Shown here piece after piece: positions 35,640 to 44,284 of a DNA stretch of 64,000 bases (the first letter of the stretch is position 1; every line of letters begins with the position of its first letter). The stretch comes from Dehalococcoidia bacterium (GTDB lineage: Bacteria; Chloroflexota; Dehalococcoidia; UBA2979). The DNA lies in NCBI GenBank assembly GCA_964291495.2, contig OZ219867.1:1-64000 (forward strand). The letters run 5' to 3'. The notes beneath the pieces are model-generated. The model worked only from the letters and a program-made list of their open reading frames with translations. It did not search any database and was not told the origin of the DNA. Made by a program: the position numbers and the translations under genes.

Positions 35640-37379
35640 CTATGGAGACCCGTCGACCCGTACGGTAACGATGTCGAGGCCGTGGTACTTCTGGTGCCGG
35701 ACGGCTGACGCATAGTGCCGCAGCAACCGGAGCGAGATCTCGTTCGGCTCAGGGATTTGCAGTTCCGTGCTCAGGTAGGCGATGCGGTCCTCGAGGTTCT
35801 CGTGATCGGTTGCCGCCACGAACTCCAGGTCAACGGCCGCGCCCGCCGGACGTGCGGTGACGGTGAGCCGCGCATCGCCCGTCGTCGACTCGCCGTCCTC
35901 GGACATGACCAGCGTGGACAGCGTCTCCTCGCCCGCCGAGCGCAGGCGCTCCGTTGACGCCTCGTTCCAGTTCAGCCCCGCCGCCACGCCGCGGAGGAAC
36001 TCGTCGACGCGCGGCAGCGCCGCCATCCCGAGCTCGGCGCGAAGGCGCTCGGGGCGGGGATTGGTCCACTCGATGAACGCCGTGAGCAGGATGGCGACAG
36101 CCGTACCAGCCATCACGCCGTTGCCGAGCAGGCTCCCCAGCGTCTCCCCGAACGCGTCGACGAGGATGTCTTGCCCGTCGACGCCGAGGCCGACCGCGAA
36201 CGCCAGCGCGACCACGAGGACCTTCTGCGCGTCGAGCCCGTCGCGGACGACCGTCTGCATGCCGCCGACGAAGAACAACCCCAGCACCAGCAGGAGGTAA
36301 GCCCCCATCACGGGATCGGGAATGCTGAGGAGCAGCGCGGCGAACTTGGAGAAGAACGCCAGCACGAGGAAGATCGCGGCAATTGCGTAGCCGACACGCC
36401 GCGCCGCGACGCCCGTGAGGCTGATCAGCGAGACGCTGAACGAGGAGTACGCGAATGTCGGGGGCGTCCCGGCGATGCCGGCCAGCACCATGCCCACGCC
36501 GTTCGCGTTCACGGCGCCCTGGATCTGGCGGAAGTCGACGGCCCGGGACTCCCGACGCGACGCCTGCTGGATGATCATGGTGTCGCTGATGACCTTGATG
36601 CCGAGGACGAGCGTGAGGATCGCGAACGTGGGGAGGAGCGCCCAGAACTCCACGCCGGGCGTGAGATCGACGCCCGGGAACTGTGCCTCCGGGATGCCTA
36701 CCCACGGCGCATCGATCACTCGCTGCAGATCGTAGATTCCAAACGCCGCGGCAATCGCGGTGCCGACTCCGATGCTGATGAACGCCGACCAGAGCCTCCA
36801 CGCGCCGGTCGCCCGCAACGCCAGCACCGTGGAGGCGACGAGCGTCGCGAGCGCGACTAGGGGCCCGGCGCCCGCCGGGCTGCCGTCCGGCACCTCGGCC
36901 AGCCGGGCGAACGCGACCGGCACGACGGTGACCGCGATCAGCATCAGCACCGTGCCCGAGACGACGGGGGTGATGATCCGGCGCAGGACCGGCAGCCAGG
37001 CCGCCAGCGCGAACTGGAAGAGCGAGGAGACCAGCATCAGGCTTGCCATCAGCGCGGGCCCGCCCTCCGAGATGGCGGCGGCGGTCACGACGACGAACTG
37101 GATGGTGGGACCGGTGATCACCACCAGCCCCGCTCCCATCCTCGCGAACTGGTTCGCCTGCAGCGCGGTGATGATCGCGTTGATGATCAGGGCGGCGAAC
37201 ACGGCCCACGTCAGGTAGCCCTCGTCCTGGCTCGCCGCCCGGACGGTGATGGCCACGATCAGCACCGTCGGCGCCAGCACCAGCACGACGCCCTGGAGCC
37301 CCACGGTGAGCGCCAGCAGCGGCGGGCACGGCTCCTGCGGCTCGTACTGCAGCTGCTCGTTGACGCCTGCCGCTGCCAT
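35640..37379 (-). CDS. NCS2 (xanthine/uracil)-family permease with C-terminal HATPase-like domain (sup-cluster permease)
   Basis: LQYEPQE, ITPVVSGTV, ISLTGVAARRVG and IPDPVMG motifs, followed by about 135 aa of soluble C-terminus. Confidence 0.8.
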   Translation of the reverse strand: MAAAGVNEQLQYEPQEPCPPLLALTVGLQGVVLVLAPTVLIVAITVRAASQDEGYLTWAVFAALIINAIITALQANQFARMGAGLVVITGPTIQFVVVTAAAISEGGPALMASLMLVSSLFQFALAAWLPVLRRIITPVVSGTVLMLIAVTVVPVAFARLAEVPDGSPAGAGPLVALATLVASTVLALRATGAWRLWSAFISIGVGTAIAAAFGIYDLQRVIDAPWVGIPEAQFPGVDLTPGVEFWALLPTFAILTLVLGIKVISDTMIIQQASRRESRAVDFRQIQGAVNANGVGMVLAGIAGTPPTFAYSSFSVSLISLTGVAARRVGYAIAAIFLVLAFFSKFAALLLSIPDPVMGAYLLLVLGLFFVGGMQTVVRDGLDAQKVLVVALAFAVGLGVDGQDILVDAFGETLGSLLGNGVMAGTAVAILLTAFIEWTNPRPERLRAELGMAALPRVDEFLRGVAAGLNWNEASTERLRSAGEETLSTLVMSEDGESTTGDARLTVTARPAGAAVDLEFVAATDHENLEDRIAYLSTELQIPEPNEISLRLLRHYASAVRHQKYHGLDIVTVRVDGSP

Positions 37380-37400
37380 GGCGGTCTTCTCCCAGGGTCT

Positions 37401-38309
37401 CTAGATGAGTCCCTGCTCCTCGAGGAACTCGAGCATCAGGGCAACGCAGTTCTCCGGCTGCTCCAGTTGCAGCAAGTGCGTAGCGTCCGGGAGGAAGTCA
37501 TAGTTCACTCCCGCCATCTCTGAGAGATCCATTGTGGGAAGGAACGCGTACGGAAGCGTCGGATCCGCGCCAATGACCTTGAGCGGGCAGTCGAAGCCCA
37601 GAAGGTCCACGCCGACCGCATAGATCCGCCCGTACTCCATCAGCTGAGCCTCGTACTCGGGGGGGCAACTCAGCTCGTATCCATCTCCGGACGGGTTCTG
37701 GCGGAGCGTCGTCTCGGCCAGGAGTTCAAGCACACCCGGCACCACGTGCCGGAAGTTGGGGGACAACTGCGCGAGGTCGGCCAAGACCTGCCTGCTGGCG
37801 AACTGGCGCATCCGCGCTCGTGCCATTGCCGCATTGCGAAGGGATGCTTCGTCGTACTCCTCGCGTGTGAACCCCGGCTTTCGAAGCGGAGGATCGAACA
37901 TGACGAGGGCCGCCAGCTCGCTGCCGTTGCTGGGTGCAAGCAGCGTCACCAGCGATGAGACGGAGTGGTACACGCCGATCTTGGGCTCTTTGCCGTAGTG
38001 GGCGTCGATGGCGGCGAACACGAGATCCTGATCCCGTGCCAGTGCCGGGACATGGTGACCCGCGAGCGGACCCAGTGCATTGCGCCCGTGGTTCCGCAGG
38101 TCGTAGACGATCAGGTCGAAGTCGTCCGTCAGCAGGGACCAGAACGGGTAGTACAGGTCGATGGCCAGGCCACTGCCGTGGCTCAGGACCAACCTCGGTC
38201 CAGCGGGGTTCCCGTGACGCCGGAGGGTGATGACGGTGCCGTCGCCGACCGGGACGTCCAGCGTCGAGCTTGGCTCCGGCAGCTCCCACATGTGGTCCGA
38301 CCTCGTCAC
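37401..38309 (-). CDS. Alpha/beta hydrolase (sup-cluster type)
   Basis: LSHGSG, YDLRNHG, YHSVS nucleophile elbow and THLLQLEQP. Confidence 0.85.
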   Translation of the reverse strand: MTRSDHMWELPEPSSTLDVPVGDGTVITLRRHGNPAGPRLVLSHGSGLAIDLYYPFWSLLTDDFDLIVYDLRNHGRNALGPLAGHHVPALARDQDLVFAAIDAHYGKEPKIGVYHSVSSLVTLLAPSNGSELAALVMFDPPLRKPGFTREEYDEASLRNAAMARARMRQFASRQVLADLAQLSPNFRHVVPGVLELLAETTLRQNPSGDGYELSCPPEYEAQLMEYGRIYAVGVDLLGFDCPLKVIGADPTLPYAFLPTMDLSEMAGVNYDFLPDATHLLQLEQPENCVALMLEFLEEQGLI

Positions 38310-38328
38310 GCTCTCCGTGCGTTCCCTG

Positions 38329-39102
38329 CTACGAGGAGGCCCCGCCGTCGACTTCGTGAGCGAGGGCGGCAGCGAAGCGCTCGTCACCGACATCCTGCAC
38401 GCGCCAGGTGACGCCGCGCAGTTGCGGCAACTGAAGCGTACCGCTTGTCTCGCCTAGCCGGATCGCACGAGGGATCTCGAACGCCGTCGCATCCAGCAGG
38501 AAGCCCTCGCCATGCGCCTTCAGCAGTGCTTCCTTCATCGTCCAGAGCTTGAAGAACAGGTGGAGCTGCTCGGAACCGGTCGCCGAGGTCACCTCGGCGG
38601 TTTCCTCTTCGCCCAAGGCCGCCTCGATGAGCAGGTCGAGCCTGCGGCGCTCCACGCGTTCCTCGATATCGACGCCCAGGCGCCCCTCAGCTGCGATCGC
38701 GATCAGGCCGTGCCAGCCGCCATGGCTGACACTGAAGCTGATGTCGGCTTGCCGGTCCCGTACCCTGGCGAAGGGCTTACCGTGTGGCGAGACCCCGAAC
38801 GCCAACTCGTCATTCCTGCACCCGAGTTCCGTGCAGAGCACGGCGCGGACTGCGGCCCGGCTCAAGACAAACTGGCGACGTGGCCCGGAGTACTCGAACC
38901 GGCTCCACCGAGCCAGCTCGCCTTCATCCAGACAAGCGAGCGCGGCCCACTCACGCTCCGGGTCCGGAGCCAGGTCGACGTACAGAACGGTGGCCGAGCC
39001 GACCCTGGTGTACTGCTGCCACCAGGGCGCTCGAACCGGAGGCACAGGGAACGTCCGGGCTTCGGCACGTTCCGGCAGCCGGCAGGTGACTGTCGTGGTC
39101 AG
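38329..39102 (-). CDS. Sfp-type 4'-phosphopantetheinyl transferase; start uncertain (CTG at 39102?)
   Basis: HGKP, FSVSHG, LGVDIE and WTMKEALLKAHGEG motifs. Confidence 0.9.
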   Translation of the reverse strand: MTTTVTCRLPERAEARTFPVPPVRAPWWQQYTRVGSATVLYVDLAPDPEREWAALACLDEGELARWSRFEYSGPRRQFVLSRAAVRAVLCTELGCRNDELAFGVSPHGKPFARVRDRQADISFSVSHGGWHGLIAIAAEGRLGVDIEERVERRRLDLLIEAALGEEETAEVTSATGSEQLHLFFKLWTMKEALLKAHGEGFLLDATAFEIPRAIRLGETSGTLQLPQLRGVTWRVQDVGDERFAAALAHEVDGGASS

Positions 39103-39344
39103 GCCGCGTTCGCCGCCACGTACTCCAGGAGGCTGCGCGGGGTGAGCAGGTCGCCGCAGTCGCCGGCCGAAATCGAGGTGCCGAACTCCTCGTTCACGAG
39201 TCTCAGAAACGCCGCAATGTCCTGGGAAGACACACCCGCTTCGGCGATGTTGCGATCGAGGTTGAGCGGGTCGCCGGGGCTCCGTCCTTCGATCGTCAGG
39301 TTCTCGTCGAGAAGGCTGATCAGACGCTCTTCGTTCGATGCCAC
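39099..39344 (-). CDS. Free-standing acyl carrier protein
   Basis: 81 aa, acidic; AGVSSQD Ser motif and VNEEFG; AAGGAGG RBS before GTG. Confidence 0.85.
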   Translation of the reverse strand: MASNEERLISLLDENLTIEGRSPGDPLNLDRNIAEAGVSSQDIAAFLRLVNEEFGTSISAGDCGDLLTPRSLLEYVAANAA

Positions 39345-39440
39345 TCCGGACCTCCTTGCTGTCGGACTCCACACATCGCGCAGCGTGCGCGGCGGGAACC
39401 CCTGCTGCATCCGGACTGTGTTGCCGGACCAGCGGATGCT

Positions 39441-39504
39441 ACCTTGAGGACTGTGTGATGCGTGTGTCAAGGGTCAATCTCTTGTGTGTTTTTTTGTATT
39501 TTTT
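39441..39504 (-). promoter_or_regulatory. Putative promoter of the ACP-PPTase-hydrolase-permease-PKS operon
   Basis: TTGACA (39465-39470), 18-nt spacer, CAAGGT, with A-tracts upstream resembling an UP element. Confidence 0.5.
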
Positions 39505-39800
39505 GCGCCGTCGTGATCGGTCCGGAGCCGGACCGCCACGGACGGCAGTCTTAAGCGTGGCTACCGCGTGCTACTCGGCGAGGAGGCCGCTGGGCCGTCG
39601 GCGCCCTGTCCGCGCGGCGAGATCGGCGAGGGCTTCAGCCTTGTCGTCCGCGAGGGCCGCAGCGTGGCAGACCTCGAGGCGTGCGCCGAGGGTTTCGGCT
39701 CACGGCGCGCGACGCGCGCTTGCAACCTGTGGAGCACGTCGAAGCAACTGCGATGTTTCAGAAGTCAGCCCGGCCGGCTCGGTTCTTCCTGCAGTGCAGT

Positions 39801-39876
39801 TGGTGGAGGCGAGGGGATTCGAACCCCTGACCTCGGCATTGCGAACGCCGCGCTCTCCCGACTGAGCTACGCCCCC
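39801..39876 (-). tRNA. tRNA-Ala(CGC)
   Basis: GGGGGCG acceptor with G3:U70 pair, anticodon loop TTCGCAA, T-arm and CCA. Confidence 0.95.
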
Positions 39877-39956
39877 ACGGATTTCGAGTATGGGCTGCCC
39901 ACCGGCGAGCGGCAAACCGCGCGTGCCGCGTCGGGAGCGTGCGCGAGCGCGGCGGC

Positions 39957-40577
39957 TCAGCCCTCGATCAGCCCCGGCAGCGGATCGATCCGCATCCGCC
40001 CGGCAGGCAGATCGACTTCGAGGATCACCTCGGGGATGGCGGGGATGAGCAGGTCGCGCGCGCCCTCGCGGCGCACGAGGTAGACGTCGTTCGCGCCGGT
40101 TCGCAGCACCTCGGCGAGCTCCCCGATCGCCGCGCCGTCCGCGTCGAGGATGGCGAGACCGACCAGGTCGTGGACGTAGTACTCGCCGTCCGGGAGCGCC
40201 GGCAGCTCGTCCTCGGCGATCTCGATCAGCGAGCCGCGCAGCACATCCGCGGCGGTCCTGTCCTCGTAGCCCTCGAAGACAATGCAGGGGTAGCCGCGCG
40301 GCGTCGCGACGTCGAGGATGCGGCGCGGCTCGCCGCGTACGAACACGACGGCGCCGGGCTGGAGGCGCTGCGGGTTCGAGGTGAGGGGCGTCACCTTGAC
40401 GTGGCCGCGCAGCCCCCAGGTGCTGTTGATGCGCCCGACGGCGATGCGGCCGGGCGCGCTCCCGGCCTCGGCTGCCTCGGGCGCACCGTCGCGGTGGCGG
40501 GGAGTGCGGGCGGCGGGGCGGGAGCCGGCGGGGCCGCGCCGCCGGCGCGTCCGTGACGGCCGGGACGGCGGAGGCAC
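39957..40577 (-). CDS. rimM: Ribosome maturation factor RimM
   Basis: VGRINSTWGLRGHVKV, EYYVHDLVG, TGANDVY and LLIPAI; Arg/Pro-rich N-terminus makes the start uncertain. Confidence 0.92.
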   Translation of the reverse strand: MPPPSRPSRTRRRRGPAGSRPAARTPRHRDGAPEAAEAGSAPGRIAVGRINSTWGLRGHVKVTPLTSNPQRLQPGAVVFVRGEPRRILDVATPRGYPCIVFEGYEDRTAADVLRGSLIEIAEDELPALPDGEYYVHDLVGLAILDADGAAIGELAEVLRTGANDVYLVRREGARDLLIPAIPEVILEVDLPAGRMRIDPLPGLIEG

Positions 40578-40584
40578 GGCGGGG

Positions 40585-40812
40585 CTACTCGATGTTGAGC
40601 GAGGTGCGCACGCCGGCCCGGATGCTGGCGACGTGCAGCAGCGAGCGCATCGCGTTCACCACGCGGCCCTCGCGGCCGATGATGCGGCCCTTGTCCTGCT
40701 CGGCGCACTCGAGGTGGAAGACGATCTGATCGCCACGCTCCTCCGCTTCGACGACGATCTCGTCGGGTCGGGAGGCGAGGCCGCGGGCAAGGTACTCGAT
40801 CAGTTCTTTCAT
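40585..40812 (-). CDS. khpA: KH-domain RNA-binding protein KhpA
   Basis: MKELIEYLA...DKGRIIGREG; located between rpsP and rimM. Confidence 0.9.
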   Translation of the reverse strand: MKELIEYLARGLASRPDEIVVEAEERGDQIVFHLECAEQDKGRIIGREGRVVNAMRSLLHVASIRAGVRTSLNIE

Positions 40813-40825
40813 TGGTGTCGTCTCG

Positions 40826-41146
40826 CTATGCGTCCTCGGCGGCTGCGGCTGCGGCCGCCTCGCGCTCGGCGCGGCTGGGCTTGGTCAGGCGCTGCGGCGG
40901 GGCCTCGTCGATCAGGCCCTCGCGGTGCAGCAGGCGGTGCACGGTCTCGCTCGGCCGCGCGCCCATCGAGAGCCAGTGGCGCACGCGCTCCTCCTTGAAG
41001 ACCAGCTCCTTCGGCTCCGAGCGCGGATTGTAGTGCCCGATGATCTCGACGAAGTCGCCGTCACGCGGAGCGCGCTGGTCGGCCACGACCACGCGGTAAT
41101 ACGGTGCCTTGGAGCGGCCGGTGCGGCGGAGCCGGATACGGAGCAC
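40826..41146 (-). CDS. rpsP: 30S ribosomal protein S16
   Basis: LRIRLRRTG..KAPYYRVVVAD.RAPRDG..GHYNP; GAGAGG RBS. Confidence 0.96.
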   Translation of the reverse strand: MLRIRLRRTGRSKAPYYRVVVADQRAPRDGDFVEIIGHYNPRSEPKELVFKEERVRHWLSMGARPSETVHRLLHREGLIDEAPPQRLTKPSRAEREAAAAAAAEDA

Positions 41147-41221
41147 GTGTTGCCTCTCGCTTGCGCCCGCCCTCGCGAACACTGCGAGTCAGCCTACCGC
41201 GCGCACGCGCTAGCGTCAGCC

Positions 41222-41480
41222 TGCCCCTCTCCCCGAGGGACATTCGCGAAACTCCCGCAAGCCCGGTCCGGCCCCCTCTCCCTGGGGAGAGGGCGGGGGT
41301 GAGGGGGAAGACTCCCGCACGCCTCCGAACGCCCCGATGGCGCAACGCGATCCCGGAGGGCGGATCCTCCCTCACCCTGACCCTCTCCCTCGGGGAGAGG
41401 GGACCGGAAGGGGTGCGCTCGCTTCCCCGAGGAGAGGGTTTCACAAAGGTGTCCCGAGGGAGAGGGTTGGGGTAAGGGCC
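41222..41480. repeat. Cluster of REP-like palindromes (CCCTCTCCC..GGGAGAGGG)
   Basis: Several full and partial copies in alternating orientation between ffh and rpsP, with GGGGGTGAGGG/CCCTCACCC arms. Confidence 0.8.
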
Positions 41481-41486
41481 TCGCCC

Positions 41487-42821
41487 CTACAGCCCGAGCA
41501 GCCGACCGAGGCCGCCCGCGCCCTTGCCCGAGGTCATCGCGACCATCAGCTTCTTCGCCTCGCGGTACTGGTTGAGCAGGCGGTTCACGTCCGCGGGCTG
41601 CTTGCCGGAGCCGGCGGCGATGCGGCGGCGGCGCGAGCCATCGATGATCTCGGGGTGGCGGCGCTCGGACGGGGTCATCGAGAAGATGATCGCCTCGTTG
41701 TGCTTCCAGAACTCCTCGCCCACGTCAGGGATGGCGAGCTGCTGCTTCATCTGCCCGGCCCCGGGCAGCATGTCGAGCAGGCCCGAGATCGGGCCCATCT
41801 GCTGCATCTGCTGCAGCTGCGTCAGGAAGTCCTCGAGGTCGAACTCGCCGCGCTGCATGCGCCGCGCGACCTCCTTCGCGTCGCGCTCGCCGATCGTCTC
41901 CTTCGCCTTCTCGACCAGCGAGACCACGTCGCCCATGCCGAGAATCCGCGAGGCGAAGCGGTCGGGGTGGAAGGCCTCCAGCGCCTCGAGGCGCTCGCCG
42001 GTGGTAAGGAACTTGATCGGCAGCCCGGTCACCTGGCGCACGGAGAGCACGGCCCCGCCGCGCGTGTCCGAGTCGACCTTGGTGACGACGATGCCGGTGC
42101 CCTCGACGGCGTCGTCGAAGTCGCGCGCGAGGGTGACCGCCTCCTGGCCGGTCATCGCGTCGACGACGATCAGCACCTCGGTCGGGTCGATCTCGTCGGC
42201 GAGGTCGGCCAGCTCGTCGGCGAACTCGTCGTCGAGGGCGACCGCGCCGCGGGTGTCGACGACGACGGCGCTCGCGCCCGAGCGCCGCGCCTCGGCGAGC
42301 GCGCGCTTGCCGATCTCCGGTGCGGGGGCCTCGGTCTCCTCGGCGTAGACGGGGACGCCGATCTGGTCGCCGAGGACGCGTAGCTGCTCGGAGGCGGCGG
42401 CGCGTTGGAAGTCGGTGGCGACGAGCAGGGGTTGCAGGCCGTCCTTCTGGAGGTGCAGGGCGAGGCGGGCGGCGAGCGTCGTCTTGCCCGAGCCCTGGAC
42501 ACCGCAGATGAGGATCTTGGTCGGCCCGCGCTGGGCGCGCAGCAGCGGCTCGTTGCCGCCTCCGAGGAGCTCGACCAGCTCGTCGTTGACGGCGCCGATC
42601 ACCTGCTGGCCGGGGGTGATCGACTGCAGCAGCTCGGCGCCGGAGGTGCGTTCGCGGACGTGGGCGACGAAGTCGCGCACGACCTGGAAGTTGACGTCGG
42701 CCTCGAGCAGCGCGATGCGCACCTCGCGCAACGCCGTATCGAGGTCGTCCTCGGTGATCCGCCCGCGGCTGCCGAGGCGGCCAAACGTGGCCTGCAGCCG
42801 TTCGCTCAGTGTTTCCAGCAT
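41487..42821 (-). CDS. ffh: Signal recognition particle protein Ffh
   Basis: ALLEADV, GVQGSGKTT, VDAMTGQ, FHPDRFASRILGMGD and M-domain SRRRRIAAGSG; upstream of rpsP. Confidence 0.95.
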   Translation of the reverse strand: MLETLSERLQATFGRLGSRGRITEDDLDTALREVRIALLEADVNFQVVRDFVAHVRERTSGAELLQSITPGQQVIGAVNDELVELLGGGNEPLLRAQRGPTKILICGVQGSGKTTLAARLALHLQKDGLQPLLVATDFQRAAASEQLRVLGDQIGVPVYAEETEAPAPEIGKRALAEARRSGASAVVVDTRGAVALDDEFADELADLADEIDPTEVLIVVDAMTGQEAVTLARDFDDAVEGTGIVVTKVDSDTRGGAVLSVRQVTGLPIKFLTTGERLEALEAFHPDRFASRILGMGDVVSLVEKAKETIGERDAKEVARRMQRGEFDLEDFLTQLQQMQQMGPISGLLDMLPGAGQMKQQLAIPDVGEEFWKHNEAIIFSMTPSERRHPEIIDGSRRRRIAAGSGKQPADVNRLLNQYREAKKLMVAMTSGKGAGGLGRLLGL

Positions 42822-42848
42822 TGTTGGGAGTGTAGCAGTGGGGTCGGT

Positions 42849-43562
42849 CTAATCCGGGTCTATACGATCGAGAATGCGATGGAGGAGGCTTGCTAGCGCA
42901 AGGCAGTCCAACGAGTACGCTGGGTCGTGGTCTGGTTCCCAGTCGTCCTCGTGGCTACGCGGGTTGCGTTGCGAGAGTACAGAGCCTGCGAACAGGTGCG
43001 TGGCACCCTCCTGCTCGTCGACTTCCGACACGGTTGACCGTGGGTTGACCGCGAGCGGAGGGTCGTCTCCGCCGAAGGCGGCGAACATGACGCCTGCGTC
43101 GTCCTTCCTCGTCCCCGCGAGCTTCCGCACACGATTGTTGACCGATTGGAATGCCTTCCGGACTGCCTCAGTCCGGTGACCGCCGAGGAAGAGACTCCTC
43201 GAGCCGCTGACCACGCGGTGGTGGAGCCCCCTGGCGTCGAAGGCGGAGCGCGGTGTCTCAGAGCGCGTCGGAGGCTCCGTCGGCGCTTGACGTTCTGGAG
43301 TCCGACTGGAGGGCTCGCGCTCGGCTGCCTTCAGCGGCCAGCGGGCCCCCCGAGCCCGCAGGACAGCCACCCGCTCCATCTGGTCGCCGCTCAGGTGTTC
43401 ACGCAGGTCGATGCCCAAGTCATGGGCAATGACCCATCGCGCCTCGTTGCCCGTCATAGGACCGTGCGCCTGATTGAGCTCCCGTGCCCAACGCGAGAGC
43501 GTCGAATCCGACTTACCAGTCTTGGCCTTCAGTGCCTCCAACAGCGACGAGTTGAGGGCCAT
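42849..43562 (-). CDS. TIGR02391 (Ymh-like) domain protein with N-terminal helical module
   Basis: C-terminal EAVRKAF..V..RVR, SEVDEQEG..LFAG...RNPRSH and LALASLLHR. Confidence 0.8.
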   Translation of the reverse strand: MALNSSLLEALKAKTGKSDSTLSRWARELNQAHGPMTGNEARWVIAHDLGIDLREHLSGDQMERVAVLRARGARWPLKAAEREPSSRTPERQAPTEPPTRSETPRSAFDARGLHHRVVSGSRSLFLGGHRTEAVRKAFQSVNNRVRKLAGTRKDDAGVMFAAFGGDDPPLAVNPRSTVSEVDEQEGATHLFAGSVLSQRNPRSHEDDWEPDHDPAYSLDCLALASLLHRILDRIDPD

Positions 43563-43570
43563 GAGGCCAT

Positions 43571-43885
43571 TTAGCCGATCAGCCCGGTCAACTCGTACCT
43601 TGTGCTAGGACCACTACCAAGTCGGCGGGCTACCCCCAGTTCTTCGAGGTACGCAAGCCTAGCCTGTACGGTACGGTGGCTGACCTTAGTCGTACCTGCC
43701 ACGACATTGGAGATCGCGCGAGCCGAGAGAGGCTCCGCACTCTCGCTTAGCGCCTCCATGACTGCCCCAGATGCCTCGTCCTCGTGCAGTTCTGTCGCCA
43801 AGTCGGTTAGGGCCCCGCGGTGCGCGGCTCGTAAGATCGCAGTCTGCATCCGAACTTCGCGGAGCAGTTGTTCCTCGATGCCCAT
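43571..43885 (-). CDS. Small winged-HTH protein
   Basis: VSHRTVQARLAYLEELGV...G.GPSTRY; GGAGG RBS. Confidence 0.75.
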   Translation of the reverse strand: MGIEEQLLREVRMQTAILRAAHRGALTDLATELHEDEASGAVMEALSESAEPLSARAISNVVAGTTKVSHRTVQARLAYLEELGVARRLGSGPSTRYELTGLIG

Positions 43886-43888
43886 CTA

Positions 43889-44176
43889 TCAGTCCTCCAG
43901 GCAGCGCCGGTAGCGGCCGTTGTCGAGCTTGCGGATCAGTCCCCGCTGCGCGAGTTGCTTAGTGTGCTGACCGACCGCTTGGCGGGTAATCCCAAGTTCC
44001 TGCGCCATGGCGGCAAGCGTCTTGTCGCCGTCAGCCATCTCCCACACGCGCTTCCGGTTGGAGTCTCCGAGCACTTCGTCTCTAGTGCGTACTATGTCCT
44101 CGTGATGCACAAGCCGGTACATCGCAGCGAGGTCATAGAGTGGCCCAAGGTCGAGTTCAGCGTTAGTGGCGGCCAC
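43889..44176 (-). CDS. Small winged-HTH (ArsR/MarR-like) protein
   Basis: TLAAMAQELGITRQAVGQHTKQLAQRGLI..GRY; GAGGAG RBS. Confidence 0.8.
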   Translation of the reverse strand: MAATNAELDLGPLYDLAAMYRLVHHEDIVRTRDEVLGDSNRKRVWEMADGDKTLAAMAQELGITRQAVGQHTKQLAQRGLIRKLDNGRYRRCLED

Positions 44177-44208
44177 GATGTCTCCTCGTTCTGCTTGAAG
44201 GCGGCGGC

Positions 44209-44266
44209 TTGACGGGCCTTACCTCCAGCACTAAAGTTCGCGCACAGGTCTTAGCAGGATAGCATA
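44209..44266. promoter_or_regulatory. Overlapping face-to-face promoters
   Basis: Plus-strand TTGACG(44209)-N17-TAAAGT(44232) and a minus-strand -10 TATGCT (44261-44266). Confidence 0.5.
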
Positions 44267-44284
44267 ACGTTGGGGGTGACGGCG

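Noticed and set aside
39570-39680. Ribbon-helix-helix-like remnant (LADDKAEALADLAARTGRRRPSGLLAE) on the minus strand near tRNA-Ala
   Set aside because: Too short, with no clear start or RBS; could be chance
41222-41480. CRISPR array
   Set aside because: The repeats are inverted, irregularly spaced palindromes without unique equal-length spacers, and no cas operon is present
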